64,000 nt of DNA from Eledone cirrhosa (Eukaryota), in assembly GCA_964016885.1 (NCBI GenBank), contig OZ024741.1:233678001-233742000 (forward strand), in the 5' to 3' direction. This document shows positions 1 through 12,048 of the stretch, in pieces. Under the pieces are notes generated by a model. The model made no database searches and was not told the DNA's origin. It saw only the letters and a program-made list of their open reading frames with translations. Every line of letters starts with the position of its first letter. Position 1 is the first letter of the stretch. Both the position numbers and the translations under genes were made by a program.

Positions 1-160
1 ACAGCTCTTTTCATTTCTGAGTTCAAATCCCACTGAGGACAACTTTGCCTTTCATCCTTCCAGAGTTGATAAAATAAAGTACCAGTTAAGTATGGAGTCA
101 ATGTAATCGCTTCCTGCCTCCCACCAAGGAATTGATGGCCCTGTAACTTAAAGTAGAAAT
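1..160 (+). mobile_element. tRNA-derived SINE fragment (abundant octopus-type family)
   Basis: GAGTTCAAATCC B-box followed by 'actttgcctttcatcc...gataaaataaagtaccag', the same body as copies at 3881, 7250, 10995, 15778 and 53075. Confidence 0.75.
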
Positions 161-259
161 CATTATGTATCAACTTAAAATTAGAAATCATGATGAACAA
201 ATTTACTACAAATAATAATATTCATTAAGACATAAATTTTATACAAGAACACAATGTCA

Positions 260-746
260 TCTATACATATATACAAAACTGAAATTGTCTGCATGTGTGT
301 GTGTGTCCTAATTTTTGCAAAGTCTATACAAATCCACATTTCTACTCAATTTGACTTCAAACTTGCATTTATATATTCCTTGCGATCTAAAGATATTAAC
401 TGCAGCTTTTATTTTTCAATTTTCTGTTGTTAAAGGCGTGTTAGCGATCTCTCTTTCTTAGTCTGCCGTTTTAGATAGATACATAGCTATAACGTCGGGC
501 CCTTATAATATCTGTCTGTATGCCTGCTGTCTGCATTACGACATTATTGGTGACGTATTATCTTCATTATTTTCCGTTCATTGCCAGGGAATGTCTTCAC
601 GAACCAAAGTATCGTCTTCCCGTTTTCCTTTGGTTGCAACGTTTTTCGAAATATTTACTTCTGCGTTCACAGATTGATTTTTTTAGTTTTAGAAGATCCC
701 GTTAAGGGTCAAAGCAGCGATTCTTTGCTTAATCTTTAATCTGTTA

Positions 747-750
<4 letters not shown>
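260..750 (+). mobile_element. Probable Helitron 5' portion
   Basis: A|TCTATACATATATACAAAA start resembles a Helitron 5'-TC end. The 690-750 block recurs at about 58099-58160, upstream of a Helitron 3' end. A helicase relic follows at about 2100. Confidence 0.45.
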
Positions 751-786
<36 letters not shown>

Positions 787-907
787 GGAGGTGAGTTTTA
801 TTGTAGTACAATAAAGCAATGCAGATATCGGATAAGAAGCACTCTACAGTTTGTGGGACTGGAGTATGCATAATATAAGATCAAAAGATGGTTAAAGGAG
901 TTCCATA

Positions 908-978
908 TATTTTATTATGCGCATTTCAAAAACAAACATCATCAAGCAATAATATTTGTGTTTTCATCAGATAAAACA
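908..978 (-). ncRNA. Minimal type I hammerhead ribozyme (family A, mirror copy in the other foldback arm)
   Basis: Exact reverse complement of 1105-1175. Confidence 0.7.
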
Positions 979-1104
979 GGAGAACATGATATGAAGGCTA
1001 AAAAAACACTTGTTGATAGTGCAGTTTTAAATCAACATATCAATATGTTGATTTAAAACTGCACTATCAACAAGTGTTTTTTTAGCCTTCATATCATGTT
1101 CTCC

Positions 1105-1175
1105 TGTTTTATCTGATGAAAACACAAATATTATTGCTTGATGATGTTTGTTTTTGAAATGCGCATAATAAAATA
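1105..1175 (+). ncRNA. Minimal type I hammerhead ribozyme (family A)
   Basis: Stem I tgttttat/ataaaata; CTGATGA 1113-1119; stem II caaatattatt/gatgatgtttg with G-U pairs; GAAA 1156-1159; palindromic stem III TGCGCA; cleavage triplet AUA (1165-1167). Confidence 0.75.
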
Positions 1176-1237
1176 TATGGAACTCCTTTAACCATCTTTT
1201 GATCTTATATTATATATATATATATATATATATAAAT

Positions 1238-1653
1238 TGAAACAAAATGAAAACGAAATTTCATGTCTCACTCTTAGTATGGCACTTACTTAAATGTAAG
1301 TATGCATGTATACGTACATACATATATGTATACAGACGTACAGTAGCATGCACATATATATATATATATATACATATATACATACATATGCATACAGGTA
1401 CACATACATATATGCACGTATCAGTTTAGCGGCGCTAACGTCGCTTTGTTCGTTTGTAAACAAACTGAACAGCCTGAATTTATGCCATACAGTGTTAAGG
1501 CAACCACGTCACCTTTTTGTTCAACACTGACACAGGAACGATGTACTAGTTTCAAGCTTGTTAGCTATCATCAGCACCGTTTACCCATCTGCCAGATAGT
1601 TGAACGTTCTGTATACATATATGTATGTACGTATACATGCATACTTACATTTA
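1238..1653 (-). mobile_element. Hammerhead-containing non-coding repeat (retrozyme-like family B) with short terminal foldback
   Basis: High similarity to 44221-44652. 1609-1653 is an inverted copy of about 1290-1335. Flanked by (TA)n. Confidence 0.7.
1537..1581 (-). ncRNA. Minimal type I hammerhead ribozyme (family B)
   Basis: Minus strand reads aacggtg CTGATGA tagct-aaca-agctt GAAA CTAG TA catcgtt: stem I aacggtg/catcgtt, palindromic stem III, GUA triplet. Confidence 0.8.
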
Positions 1654-2094
1654 TATATATATATATATATATATATAATTATATATTCGTGTACAGATAT
1701 TTTTGCATACACAAAAACAAAACATAAACAACAAACGTATTTATTTCATGAAAGCACAGACCGCCTATCGTCATTGTTACTGCCGATATACCACCCAAAA
1801 AGTCCCATTACTTTTGGCACAAGGCCAGCAATTACATAGTCGGAAATCACATGCATCGCGGACGAATTTACTCCTTACTCTACCAGTTAGTCCTAGTGTA
1901 TTTCGTCCTGCTTTTAGGTCATGCCTCGAAGGAAGAGATACTCCATTGGCCGAAATACTGAGAAAGCAGCAAGAAAAAGAACAACGTGAGCAAACGAATC
2001 GTCAGTGGAATCTGGTATTCGACGGACGCAAGATGCTGAACATACTGCCACCAGAAGAGCACTTGAAACAGACAACCAACGAACCATTCGCCGA

Positions 2095-2290
2095 ACCGTG
2101 TTAGCTTTGCAATGTCTATAAACAAATCCCAGGGTCAGAACCTAGCTGTTGCTGGTCTTCTTTTGGAAGAGTTTTACACACGGGCAACTATACGTTGGCT
2201 TCTCAAGAGTGGGAAGCAAGACAAATCTCTTTGCATATGCCCAACATGGAATAACGAGAAACATTGTGTTCAAGGACGTGCTACAATCAT
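2095..2290 (+). pseudogene. Helitron Pif1-like helicase C-terminal relic
   Basis: Reads FAMSINKSQGQNL..G..L and, after a frameshift, HGQLYVGFSRVG. These match SF1B helicase motifs V/VI of Helitron RepHel. Confidence 0.8.
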
Positions 2291-2779
2291 TGTTTAGGTA
2301 GACGAGGCAGAAGGGGATATACACGATTGGCTGAAGGACGAGACTATATTAGTAGTACGACCAACGGTTGCAATCACACCAACAACAAAGATAGGGAACG
2401 CAATTGCATGCTTTTGAAAACTAAAAATGAATTGTGAGAAAAAAACTCATTTTTTTCAATATCCTCAATAGAATCATAATTTGCCTCTTCATATATCTCT
2501 GTAAAATTTCATTAAAAAAATATGAATTATTAAGAATGTTATAACAAACCTGATATTGGTAATGGGCAGTAAGTTGTAATTATAATTGCATCTAAGTGCT
2601 GAGCATCATTGACAATAGATCTCCATTGAAAAACAAATGAAGACATAGTGTCCCACTCCACCATCCTCGCCCATTTGATAAATCCGTAGCACTGACTTAG
2701 CTGGGGATGAACCATATAACCTTTGCTAGCAGAGAAAAATGAACAATAAATTATGATGATGAAGATGTTGGGGAAAGAG

Positions 2780-3360
2780 TGTTTGGAATTACACTAATGT
2801 TCAGAAAAAAAAAAACTAGGAAACATTATTATGAGAGGTCGATGTATTTGAAAGATGAGTGGAAAGAAGGGAAACTACCTACACATGACTTCGGGCTATC
2901 GAAGTTGATAAAGTCAAAGAAGCAATCAGACAGATGAAAAATTGAAAATCAGCTGGTTCAGCGAGTCACCAGCATAATCCATAATCACAATGACTGGCGT
3001 AGCAATATAATCATTAATTGTTGCAAGGGAAATGTGATGCTCTACAGAGGTATAAAACTAATGAAAATGAAAAATAATTTTAGCACGATTAGTTAGAGAA
3101 AGATACAAATTAGATGAGATAAAAATTGGTTTTGTGCCAGGAAGAAGCATCACACACACCGTTCTTGGTGAGATAACCACAAGAGAACTTCTTAGCCAAG
3201 TGCAAACTGTTATATCTAGCTTTTGTTGATCTGGAAAAGGTTTTTGACAAAGTTCCATGATCAGTTATCTAATGGTTCTTAAGAAAACTAGGAGTAGATA
3301 AGTGGCTTGTCAGAACAGTGCAAGTCATGTACAGCAGATTGAGAGTAGGTAAAAGGATGA
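2780..3360 (+). mobile_element. Degenerate RTE LINE reverse transcriptase fragment
   Basis: Decayed matches to RTE copies elsewhere in the window (LDE..GFVPGRS, LAFVDLEK, LRKLGVDKWLV). Confidence 0.7.
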
Positions 3361-3685
3361 CACGTAAATATATATATTCACACACACAGCATGGCTGAAA
3401 CTTGCGCGTAGTTTCATCCCCACTTTGTAGCATCTTGGGCAAGTGTCTGTTTACGATAGGATTAGGTCAACGAAAACTTGGTGAATGAAAGAGGGTAGAT
3501 TGAAGCTATTTGGATATTGTCGTATAGACTGTACCTGTAAATTAAATGTCTAGCTTTGTCACAATGAATCAACATGAGAATTACACTAGGCACTACCATG
3601 CTATTAGCTGTCAGAAGTGAAAGTTTCGTCAACCTTCTCAATCGTAAACATCGTTTATTTCCGTATTACCACGCGTTATTTTAAT

Positions 3686-3863
3686 TGTTTCTACATTTGG
3701 CACAAGGCCAGCAATTACCCAGTACATTACTGGTACTTTATTTTATCGACCCTGTAAGGGTGAAAGGCAAAGTTAACCTCGGCGGGATTTGAACTCAGAT
3801 CGTAAAGGGACGTAACTATGCTGGAAAGCATGGCGTCCAACTCTCTACCGATACTGCCAAAAT
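3686..3863 (-). mobile_element. tRNA-derived SINE with 17-bp target site duplication
   Basis: Near reverse complement of 3881-4061. TSD ccacgcgttattttaat at 3669-3685 and 3864-3880. Confidence 0.85.
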
Positions 3864-3880
3864 CCACGCGTTATTTTAAT

Positions 3881-4061
3881 GGTGGATTAGCAGTATCGGT
3901 AGAGGGTCGGACGTCATGCTTTCCAGCATAGTTACGTCCCTTTACGATCTGAGTTCAAATCCCGCCGAGGTTGACTTTGCCTTTCATCCTTACGGGGTCG
4001 ATAAAATAAAGTACCAGTAATGCACTGGGTAATTGCTGGCCTTGTGCCTAAAGTAGAAACA
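3881..4061 (+). mobile_element. tRNA-derived SINE, full length, with 11-bp TSD
   Basis: Head ggtggattagcagtatcggtaga and B-box gagttcaaatcc. TSD gttattttaat at 3870-3880 and 4062-4072. Confidence 0.85.
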
Positions 4062-4536
4062 GTTATTTTAATAAAGCATATCGATGTAAGAGGAGTTATT
4101 TAAATAAAAATATAGGTGGCCCTTAAAAGGGCCAAATTAGAAAACAAATTGAAGATAATTAGAAAACAAGTCATGGTTATCAAATAAATTGGATTTAATC
4201 ATTTATATTTTCATAGTCATCAATGTAGAAAACAAGTCATTTTCACCAACAGTGGAATTACTTCTGACAGCTAATACCATGAACTATATTTTCATAGTCA
4301 TGGTTATCAATGTAGAAAACAAGTCATTTTCACCAACAGTGGAGTTAACTTAAATGAAAATATAGGTGGCCCTTAAAAGGGCCAAATTAAAAAACAAATA
4401 TATGGTTATCAAATTTTTTTCACCAACCCTATACATGAAATTGATAACCATAACTATGAAAATATAAATGATTAAATCCAATTTATTTGATAACCCTGAC
4501 TTGTTTTCTAATTATCTTCAATTTGTTTTCTAATTT

Positions 4537-4555
4537 GGCCCTTTTAAGGGCCACC
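4537..4555 (+). promoter_or_regulatory. Histone mRNA 3' stem-loop-like motif with no histone ORF (further copies on the minus strand at 4115-4133 and 4365-4383)
   Basis: GGCCCT-TTTA-AGGGCC-ACC matches the 6-bp stem, 4-nt loop SLBP-binding consensus. Confidence 0.55.
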
Positions 4556-4826
4556 TATATTTTCATTTAAGTAACTCCACTTACATAGATATGCTTTAAA
4601 ATAACGCGTGGTAATACGGAAATAAACGGTGTTTACGATTGAGAAGGTTGACGAAACTTTCACTTCTGACAGCTAGTAGCATGGTAGTGCCGTATACTAA
4701 ACAGTATACACGTCTCTGTGGAATGTTCAACCACTTGCACGTTAATTTCACTAACAGAGTGTTCCGTTGGTTGAACAACTAGAATACTCAATGTTGAAAC
4801 TGAAGTAGGTCAATTCCATGCATTAT

Positions 4827-5017
4827 TATAGAAAAACACTCCCCACCGATTTCAGTGAGAAATATTTTTTTCCCCCGTTTTATCGTCGGCCATCAATTAA
4901 ATTTACCGCGAAACACTCTGCAAATGACGTTTTTCCAGGCAAACGGACGGGGACCGGGATTACAACTAGGGTTAGGGTTATTTCCCACTGAAATCGGTGA
5001 GGGGGTGTTTTCCTATG
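4827..5017. mobile_element. MITE-like element with ~38-bp imperfect TIRs and an internal TAGGGTTAGGGTTA
   Basis: atagaaaaacactccccaccgatttcagtgagaaata versus tatttcccactgaaatcggtgagggggtgttttcctat. Confidence 0.6.
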
Positions 5018-5458
5018 GATTTACCCATTCTATTTCCACACACACACACACTTATACACTGTACATATTTTAATATGCACGCGCGCACGCAGATATGACC
5101 AGAAAGTTTCAAGTTGGGAAACATAAGTTTGAAAAGAATTCTGATAATGCGTGACACTATTTTCACACACACACACACACAAACATATCTACATACATTT
5201 AAATCTGTACCTCACAGTATCTAATTTTAATCAGAAATTAACAAAAGGTTCACTTGAAAAGTTGTTTCTAAATGTTTCTTCAGTTTTACCAATATTGACA
5301 GAAAAGTGTCTCGAGGGAGTGTTAAGAGTCATAAAACAAATTGCAAAGCCAATTATGTTTAATAAATACTTAATAACGCAGTTATAATAAAATACAAAAT
5401 TGAGTTATGAAGATAAAATATTCAAAAATATTGATAATTACAAACATGTATATAAAAG

Positions 5459-5895
5459 GGCGATATCCAATTTTAGCGGCCTAAATGCCGCTTACTTCAA
5501 TGTATGAGGCTATTCCAACAAATTTACATTCCCAGAACGAGGAAACTGTGGGGATATGTCGCCGGCCAACAAATGGTTTGTACAGGTAAGAGAAGGGAGC
5601 ACCCCCCTCTCTCTGTGCTCCCTGGCAGAAAGGTTGCACACTTTCTACGGGGGTGTGTGACCCCAAAAGGCTAATAAATCGTAAAAAAACAAACAAACAA
5701 AAACGTGGCAAATAAAGCAAATCTATGCCCCAGTGGCAAATAAATCGCAAAAAATTAAAACAATAAATAAATCTATATTTCTTTTAACGGCTAAAAAAAA
5801 GGGAATGTAAATTTGTTGGAATAGCCTCATACATTGAAGTAAGCAGCAACTACAGCAAGTAAGCGGCATTTAGGCCGCTAAAATTGGATATCGCC
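5459..5895. mobile_element. MITE with ~75-bp TIRs inserted in the 3' flank of CARD-DD copy A
   Basis: 5459-5533 is mirrored at 5801-5895 with a small internal duplication. Possible AAAAG TSD. The empty site is seen in the 3' flanks of paralogous copies. Confidence 0.8.
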
Positions 5896-5944
5896 GAAAA
5901 AGAAATTATAGTATATTGATGTAAAGGTAACACTATCGCATCTG

Positions 5945-6587
5945 AGTTTGTTTTTAAATTTCTCGATAGTTTTAAGAATTTTACTCGTCTACATCATCGA
6001 TGGCTTTCAGGAGTTTTTCCAATCCACCAGACTTGAAACCTTCTTTTTTTACCCATGAATTAAATACTTTAAAGCTGACCACGTAACCACCGTCTCTGGG
6101 GTTCTTCAACTGACTAATAGTCGCCAAACTAACACCTAATTGCTTAGCAACAGCTTCCCAACCAGAACCGACACTCTGTAAAAGGCTACCGAGAAGGTCT
6201 TCCTCCAGCTTTAGACCGTTAGCCTTTTCAAGGATGTTATTTATGTCATAGATCACCATAGGTGAACTGTCAGCTGTCTCCAGGTATGCGACTATATGAT
6301 TCAAATCGTTTTCTCTTAGACAGGCCACGAATTCATCAAATTGTTCTGACTTATTCGATTTATCGTCATGTTTCATTTTTCGATGAAGGATATGTAGAAA
6401 ACACCGATTCTTTTATTCTATAACTTTCTCTGCTTGAACGGTATGCATTTCCTCTGTACTGATAAGCTCCTTGGCAAAAAAAGCGATCAAGAATCGCTTC
6501 TAACTCCACATCACTAATGTCACTCACAAGTTGTGTCCAACATCGTTGAATTTTGTTCGCATTCCCACGTCGCTTAGTGTCGGCCAT
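5945..6587 (-). pseudogene. CARD + death domain adaptor (RAIDD/CRADD-like), copy A, frameshifted
   Basis: ORFs 6366-6599 and 5981-6376 together reconstruct the 219-aa paralog. Frameshift in a T-run near 6476-6482. A C-terminal deletion between gatgt direct repeats gives an early stop at 5981. Confidence 0.85.
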
Positions 6588-7249
6588 TTTAGTTGTCACC
6601 GGAACTGAGAGTGATTTCCCTTGAATTTACATTCGACCGCAATTATTCTCGGGTCCCAATTAATAAGGAGTGTTGGAATAAACGTGTGCTTGGGAGGGTA
6701 ATCGGCAATTGTATATGTGTTCGTAAATATGGGTTTTCTTGTATGTTCTTTTTTTTTTTTTGTCATATATAATGTATTCATATAAAATAAAATTATTATT
6801 ATCTCCATATGAGTCACAATAAAATTTCGCCGGAGATAGATTAGCAAAATTTAATAGCCGCGGTGGGGGAGGATTCAAGACCTGAGAGTATATACCTTTT
6901 ATTAAAACACTTCCTGGTTATACGAACTTGCAATCTGTTCCAAAAATTCAATGTGGCTTTTTATCCCATCATTCTTAAACACTGTTCTTTATGTCTTTTC
7001 TCACAATACCAACAATCTTTATCCACATTTTCCCAACAGACATCAAACTGCAAACATTTAAACTCTACTACAACCATATCATCCTCAAATAACACAGGCA
7101 AATTTGTAAACAATATGAGCACCACGTATTCTCCGATTAAAGTATTAGCAAAAAAGGAGTTTATTTAGAACAACCCCACTTCGGATTTCTACGTAGAAAT
7201 ATTAGATTAACCATGAATACAAGGAGGCAGTTTAGGGCAATATATGCGT

Positions 7250-7360
7250 TCCGAGTTCAAATATCGCCGAGGTCAACTTCGACTTTCATCGTTCGGGGAT
7301 CGATATAATCGACTTTCCCCTCTCCGCCAATTCCAGACCTTGTACTAAGATTAGAAACTC
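7250..7360 (+). mobile_element. SINE fragment, part of the duplicated unit (also about 10995-11100 and 15778-15887)
   Basis: gagttcaaatatcgccgaggtcaacttcgactttcatc. Confidence 0.7.
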
Positions 7361-7586
7361 TTGCTAACTCTTACATACCAGAATTAGCACAATTTACGTA
7401 ACATATCAAGAAAATAAACAACCATACAACCGTGTCGTTTAGTTATGCATACAATATCTGGCTAGTACACATAATTGAGGTCGAATGTTAAGTATATTGA
7501 GTGGAGTACCGGGTTGAATTTTCCATCCATATTTGTGTCCCAAATCATCTCTCAACTATGTTCATATCTAGCGAGGTCTCAGAAAT

Positions 7587-8220
7587 ATGAGTAACAAACA
7601 GCGGCTTGGGAATGCAAACAAAATTCAACGATGCTGAGAACAATTTGTGAGCGTCGTTAGTGATGTGGATTTAGAAGCGATTTTTGATCGCTTTTTTACC
7701 AAGGAGCTTATCAGGGAAGAGGAAATGCATGCCGTTCAAGCAGAGAAAGTTATGGAAAAAAAGAATCGGTGTTTCATCGAAAAATGAAACGTGACGATAA
7801 ATGGAATACGTCATGACAATTTGATGGATTTGTGGCCTGTCTAAAAAAAAAGGACATTCGGATCCTATAGTCGCATACTTGGAGACAGCTGACAGTTCAC
7901 CTATGGCCAATGACATAAAGGCTAATGGTGTAAAACTGGATGAAAAACTTCTTGGTGATATATTATACAATGTCGGTTCCGGCTGGGAGGCTGTTACTAA
8001 CCAATTAGGCGTTACTCAGGTGACAATTGGGAAAGCTAAAGAGAACGCACCAAACAACAGAGATAACCAGATATATTCTGTATTTAATTATTGGCTACAA
8101 AAAGAGGGTTGCGAGCCTGATGGATTGGAAAAACTCCTGAGAGCCATCGATGATGTTTCTGATAATTGTGATGTAGACTGGAGTAAAATGCTTGAAATTA
8201 TCGAGAACAGTAAAAAATGA
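7587..8220 (+). pseudogene. CARD + death domain adaptor, copy B; CARD disrupted, death domain frame open
   Basis: MSNKQRLGNANKIQRC* with TGA at 7635-7637 and deletions in the CARD. 7879-8220 encodes a death domain close to copy D. Confidence 0.85.
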
Positions 8221-11187
8221 AAAACATAAGGATCTTTTACTCAAAGTTTCCTATTGAAAACATAACGCAGGTTTGTGGTGGTGTTAGCTTTACATCAATA
8301 TGTTATAGTTTCTTTTATATACATGTATGTACCTATCAATAGCCTTCAACATTTGTTCTGAACAATATAATGTTGACTGGAATGCAATGGCACTAACGAA
8401 ATCTAAGGATTTTTAACTAAAGATTCACTGTTAGTTATACAATCCAGAATTATGGAGTGTTGACGTTACATCAATATGTTATATTTTTTATTATATACAT
8501 GTATATATCAATATTTGTAAGTATTTTACCTTCATATTTCATAATAACTGTGGTAATTTTATTTTTTATTATAACTGCTGATAACTAAAACCCACTTATT
8601 AATGTTGACTTTGCGTTATTAATAAAGTAGTTCATTATTACTTACAGTAACTATTATAATTGACTCCGTCATGTAATTTTTTATTCATAACTCCGACCTG
8701 ATACTTTTCGATTAATAGTGATAAAACTCAAGAAATATTAACCAGCAACGTTTTTAAGTGAACCTATTATCAGTTTCTCATGACATTTATGTACTATGTT
8801 AACTTCTAAAGCGAGGGAAGTATAATTATAAAGAAAGCTTCGCAAGTGCTCTCGTTAACGAAAAACTAATTTTCGGCGGTTTTTAACATCAAATTCAATG
8901 AAAACACACTTTAAAAAAACGCAAGACGGGTATTATTGTTAAATTAGACCAGTTATTTTTTTACATTTTACCGCATATATTTTATAATAGTTTCATAATT
9001 ACAGAAGTTCACTCTGTACTTGTGCGTAGAAATTTTAAGAGGTGCATTCCTAAATGCAGTCAAGCTAGTTCGGTGAACCAGGAAGTATTATTATAGCAGT
9101 AGAAGACAGAAAATCTGCGCTAAAAGTCGATTCAAGGGAGATCACTTACAGTTTGCTGGCATCCACGAACAACTGCTTGCGAACGTCAACAGAATTCAAC
9201 GATCTTTGTAGCACTTAATCAAAAAGGGAAATGACGTTTTTTGAAAATAGCTATTCCCCTAACTTATGGGCATGGGAATCTGGAGAGAAAAAAATTGAAT
9301 TAGACGTTTGCCATAATCCTATCATAGAATAGAAATAAGGAGGGCTAACACAGCAATATTTGACTGAAACTTAATTTAGGAAATGGAAATTGTTGTTGTT
9401 TTTAACAGTAATAAATTGTTTTTTTTTGCAAATCATTAGCACCATGCTAAATGAGTAGTTTGGGAGTAGTTGGTTTGTGCAATGGTTAAAATTGCAACAC
9501 GATACTGGATTAGTAGTTGAGGTTACAAATAAAATGAACCACATTATTCATAATTATCATCATAATCATCCATTAACGTCGGTTTTTCCCTCTAGCAACG
9601 CTTGCAAGTGTTTACAGTACTCAAGCGAAGCTACTGATTTCTCAGATGAGCCGAGTTTCTGCATCTCCCATACTTTTTCACATTCATTCGGGGCACCAGC
9701 AATACTGTGCTTGTCATGTCTTTGACACAGCTGAACAGTCTTGTTAGTGTTTATTTTGTTTTTTTTTGTTAGCAAGCTTTCTATGGCTGGATGCCCTTCT
9801 TATCATCAACCAATTTACATTGTATTCTCAATCAATGAAGAATATATTCATCCAGGGTCCACTGTCATAAGAGATATGTAGTAGTCACATAATAATTCAT
9901 AAGCCTGTGGTTATATATAAAGCTGTCAATTGTGTGGAACCAGTAACTCTGACTACCACAAACCATACAAATATCCCATGCTTTGTGACTACTTAAAGTG
10001 TGTGTTTCTTTCATCCCCAGTTTCTATGGAATTACTTATATTGTAGTGTCATGTCATACAGAGTTTATTAAAATATTGCCATGGTCGTTAGATCAAAAAT
10101 GAGGACCAAAGTGTAAGAATCCCCACAAGAATCTCAACAGTTCCAAATTGTAACCAAGAAACACTGTTGAAACTCTTGAAAATGATCTCAGTCTACACAA
10201 ATAGGAAACAAGTGTTGAGAAAGAATGGGCAAGCCGAAGAAACACAGAAGAACACTCAAACACCTGAGTTTCAACATTCTAGAAATATCAGGACTGGTTT
10301 GGTGAACATGAAGCAAAGAATTAAGAAGCACAAACTTCTTTCTACCTATCAGTGTGACACATCTCATGCATCCAAGAAATTATTAGTCATAGAGATACGC
10401 CAGATATGCAGAATCTACTAAGACACATCCATGAAAATTAACTGTAAGAAAAGCTAAAGAAAACCAGCATTATATTGATAGATATTACTGGAAGAGATTA
10501 TATGTATCATTGAAAGTCTCAATTCTTAGGAACTAGACCTCTTAAGTGCTGATTAATCCCCATTTTACACACATATAAAACACATTTTAGAGAGATTGGC
10601 TAAATACACAGAAATCATTTTAAATCCCTCATTTAAACGTTTCAATAAAACATATACAACTGGACCACATTCATAAACATAACTAAACCATATTTACTGA
10701 AAGGGAGTTATACGTACTAGGCGTTCTATAGCTATGTGTAACGAGACCAATATTAAGGTTGAAAAGTTCAGCACAAACAATATAAAAGTTAAAAACGAAA
10801 CTTCAAACAGTTCTGGTTTAGTGTTAAACTTTTGAGCCTTTTTCAATAAACATTAGCACATAACTATGTTACATGTATTCTGAACATGATTGTGTACTGA
10901 CTTGCTGGCCTTGTGCCAAAAGTAGAAACAATTATTATGATATATTGCCAGACCTCATATTTTGAGACATTTACTTCCGGCTATATATACGTTCGGAGTT
11001 CAAATATCGCCGAGGTCAACTTCGACTTTCATCGTTCGGGGATCGATATAATCGACTTTCCCCTCTCCGCCAATTCCAGGCCTTGTGCTTAGATTAGAAA
11101 CTCTTGCTAGCTCTTACAAACCAGAATTAGCACAATTTACGTGACATATCAAGAAAACACACAACCATTCAACCGTGTCGTTTAGTT

Positions 11188-12048
11188 GGAATCAGTTAAA
11201 CAACAAGAATAATTATGGTACAGAAAGGGTTAAGTAATCATATTGATGGCCTCCCCACAGCCCCGCTGGACAGGATAGAGAAGGCGTTTCCCTGGAGGAT
11301 GGTAAGGGAAACGCGCTGGACGAGCCATTCCAATTCGCGAGGGTCACACCTGCGGCTGGCCAGCTCAACGCCTATGGTGATGAGCAGGGAGGTAGCCCTA
11401 GGGTCGAAGACACTAGAAGTCTTCACTGCCAAGGGTACGACCGCAAACCTGTCGGAGAGCAACCGGTATTTGAACAGCTTGGCCTCCTCAGCCCAACGTG
11501 CAGCAGAACCTGGATTAGTCGCAGACTGCACCAGGTTGTGGCTGGAGAATGTGTCGCTGCAAGTGGTGTGCCACCGCGGAACGGGAAGATGGTCATGCCA
11601 TCTGGCCTTTTTGCCGTCCCCTCGGTCCAGCCCCACGAACTCGAGCTGGGAAGGGAAGCCTGCAGCGTCCAAGCCATGCTTTATGACCTCGTTGAGGGCA
11701 GCATGGCGTGGAAGCCGGCCGGCACTGTGGCGACAGGAAAGCGGGTGGAGGCCCAAAGAGTCCACGGTGGATCAACAGCGACATTGGTGTGGCTCGCAGA
11801 TCCGGAGGCCAAGCCTCAAGGAAACGCCGGTGCGCAGGCTATTGTTATCCAGCTGCGTACCAGTGGAAAAGGAGGGAAGGGCATGGAGCCAGGCACCATT
11901 GTAGGGTTTGGATGCCGCACGACAACAGGTTAGGTGGTGCTACTCCAGCTGGGGGGGGGGGGGGGGTGAGCCTGTTCTGAGGCCAGTCTGCACAGGATGC
12001 CATCCCAAATGCTGTGGGAGGACTTGATGTCAGTGGGGAGGAGGAGGG
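11188..12048 (-). mobile_element. CRE-clade non-LTR retrotransposon 3' fragment (zinc knuckle + restriction-like endonuclease), frameshifted
   Basis: CRCGSTVDSLGLHPLSC, RH.ALN, AEEAKLFKY and QRVS...QGNA motifs. Absent at the equivalent site in unit B. Confidence 0.8.

Larger units (their letters stand above)
870..1213. repeat. Perfect 171-bp inverted repeat (foldback), Penelope pseudo-LTR-like, between (TA)n tracts
   Basis: 870-1040 is the reverse complement of 1043-1213, with a 2-nt loop (CA). Confidence 0.95.
3590..4690. repeat. Large interrupted inverted duplication
   Basis: 3590-3685 plus 4073-4225 (split by two SINEs) is mirrored at about 4450-4690, which shows the empty SINE site. Confidence 0.85.

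Noticed and set aside
3881-3965. tRNA gene (also 26320-26360 and 52555-52620)
   Set aside because: A/B-box heads continue into SINE bodies and no full cloverleaf can be drawn.
4967-4981. Telomeric TTAGGG repeats
   Set aside because: Only about two units inside a MITE-like element; not a telomere or interstitial array.
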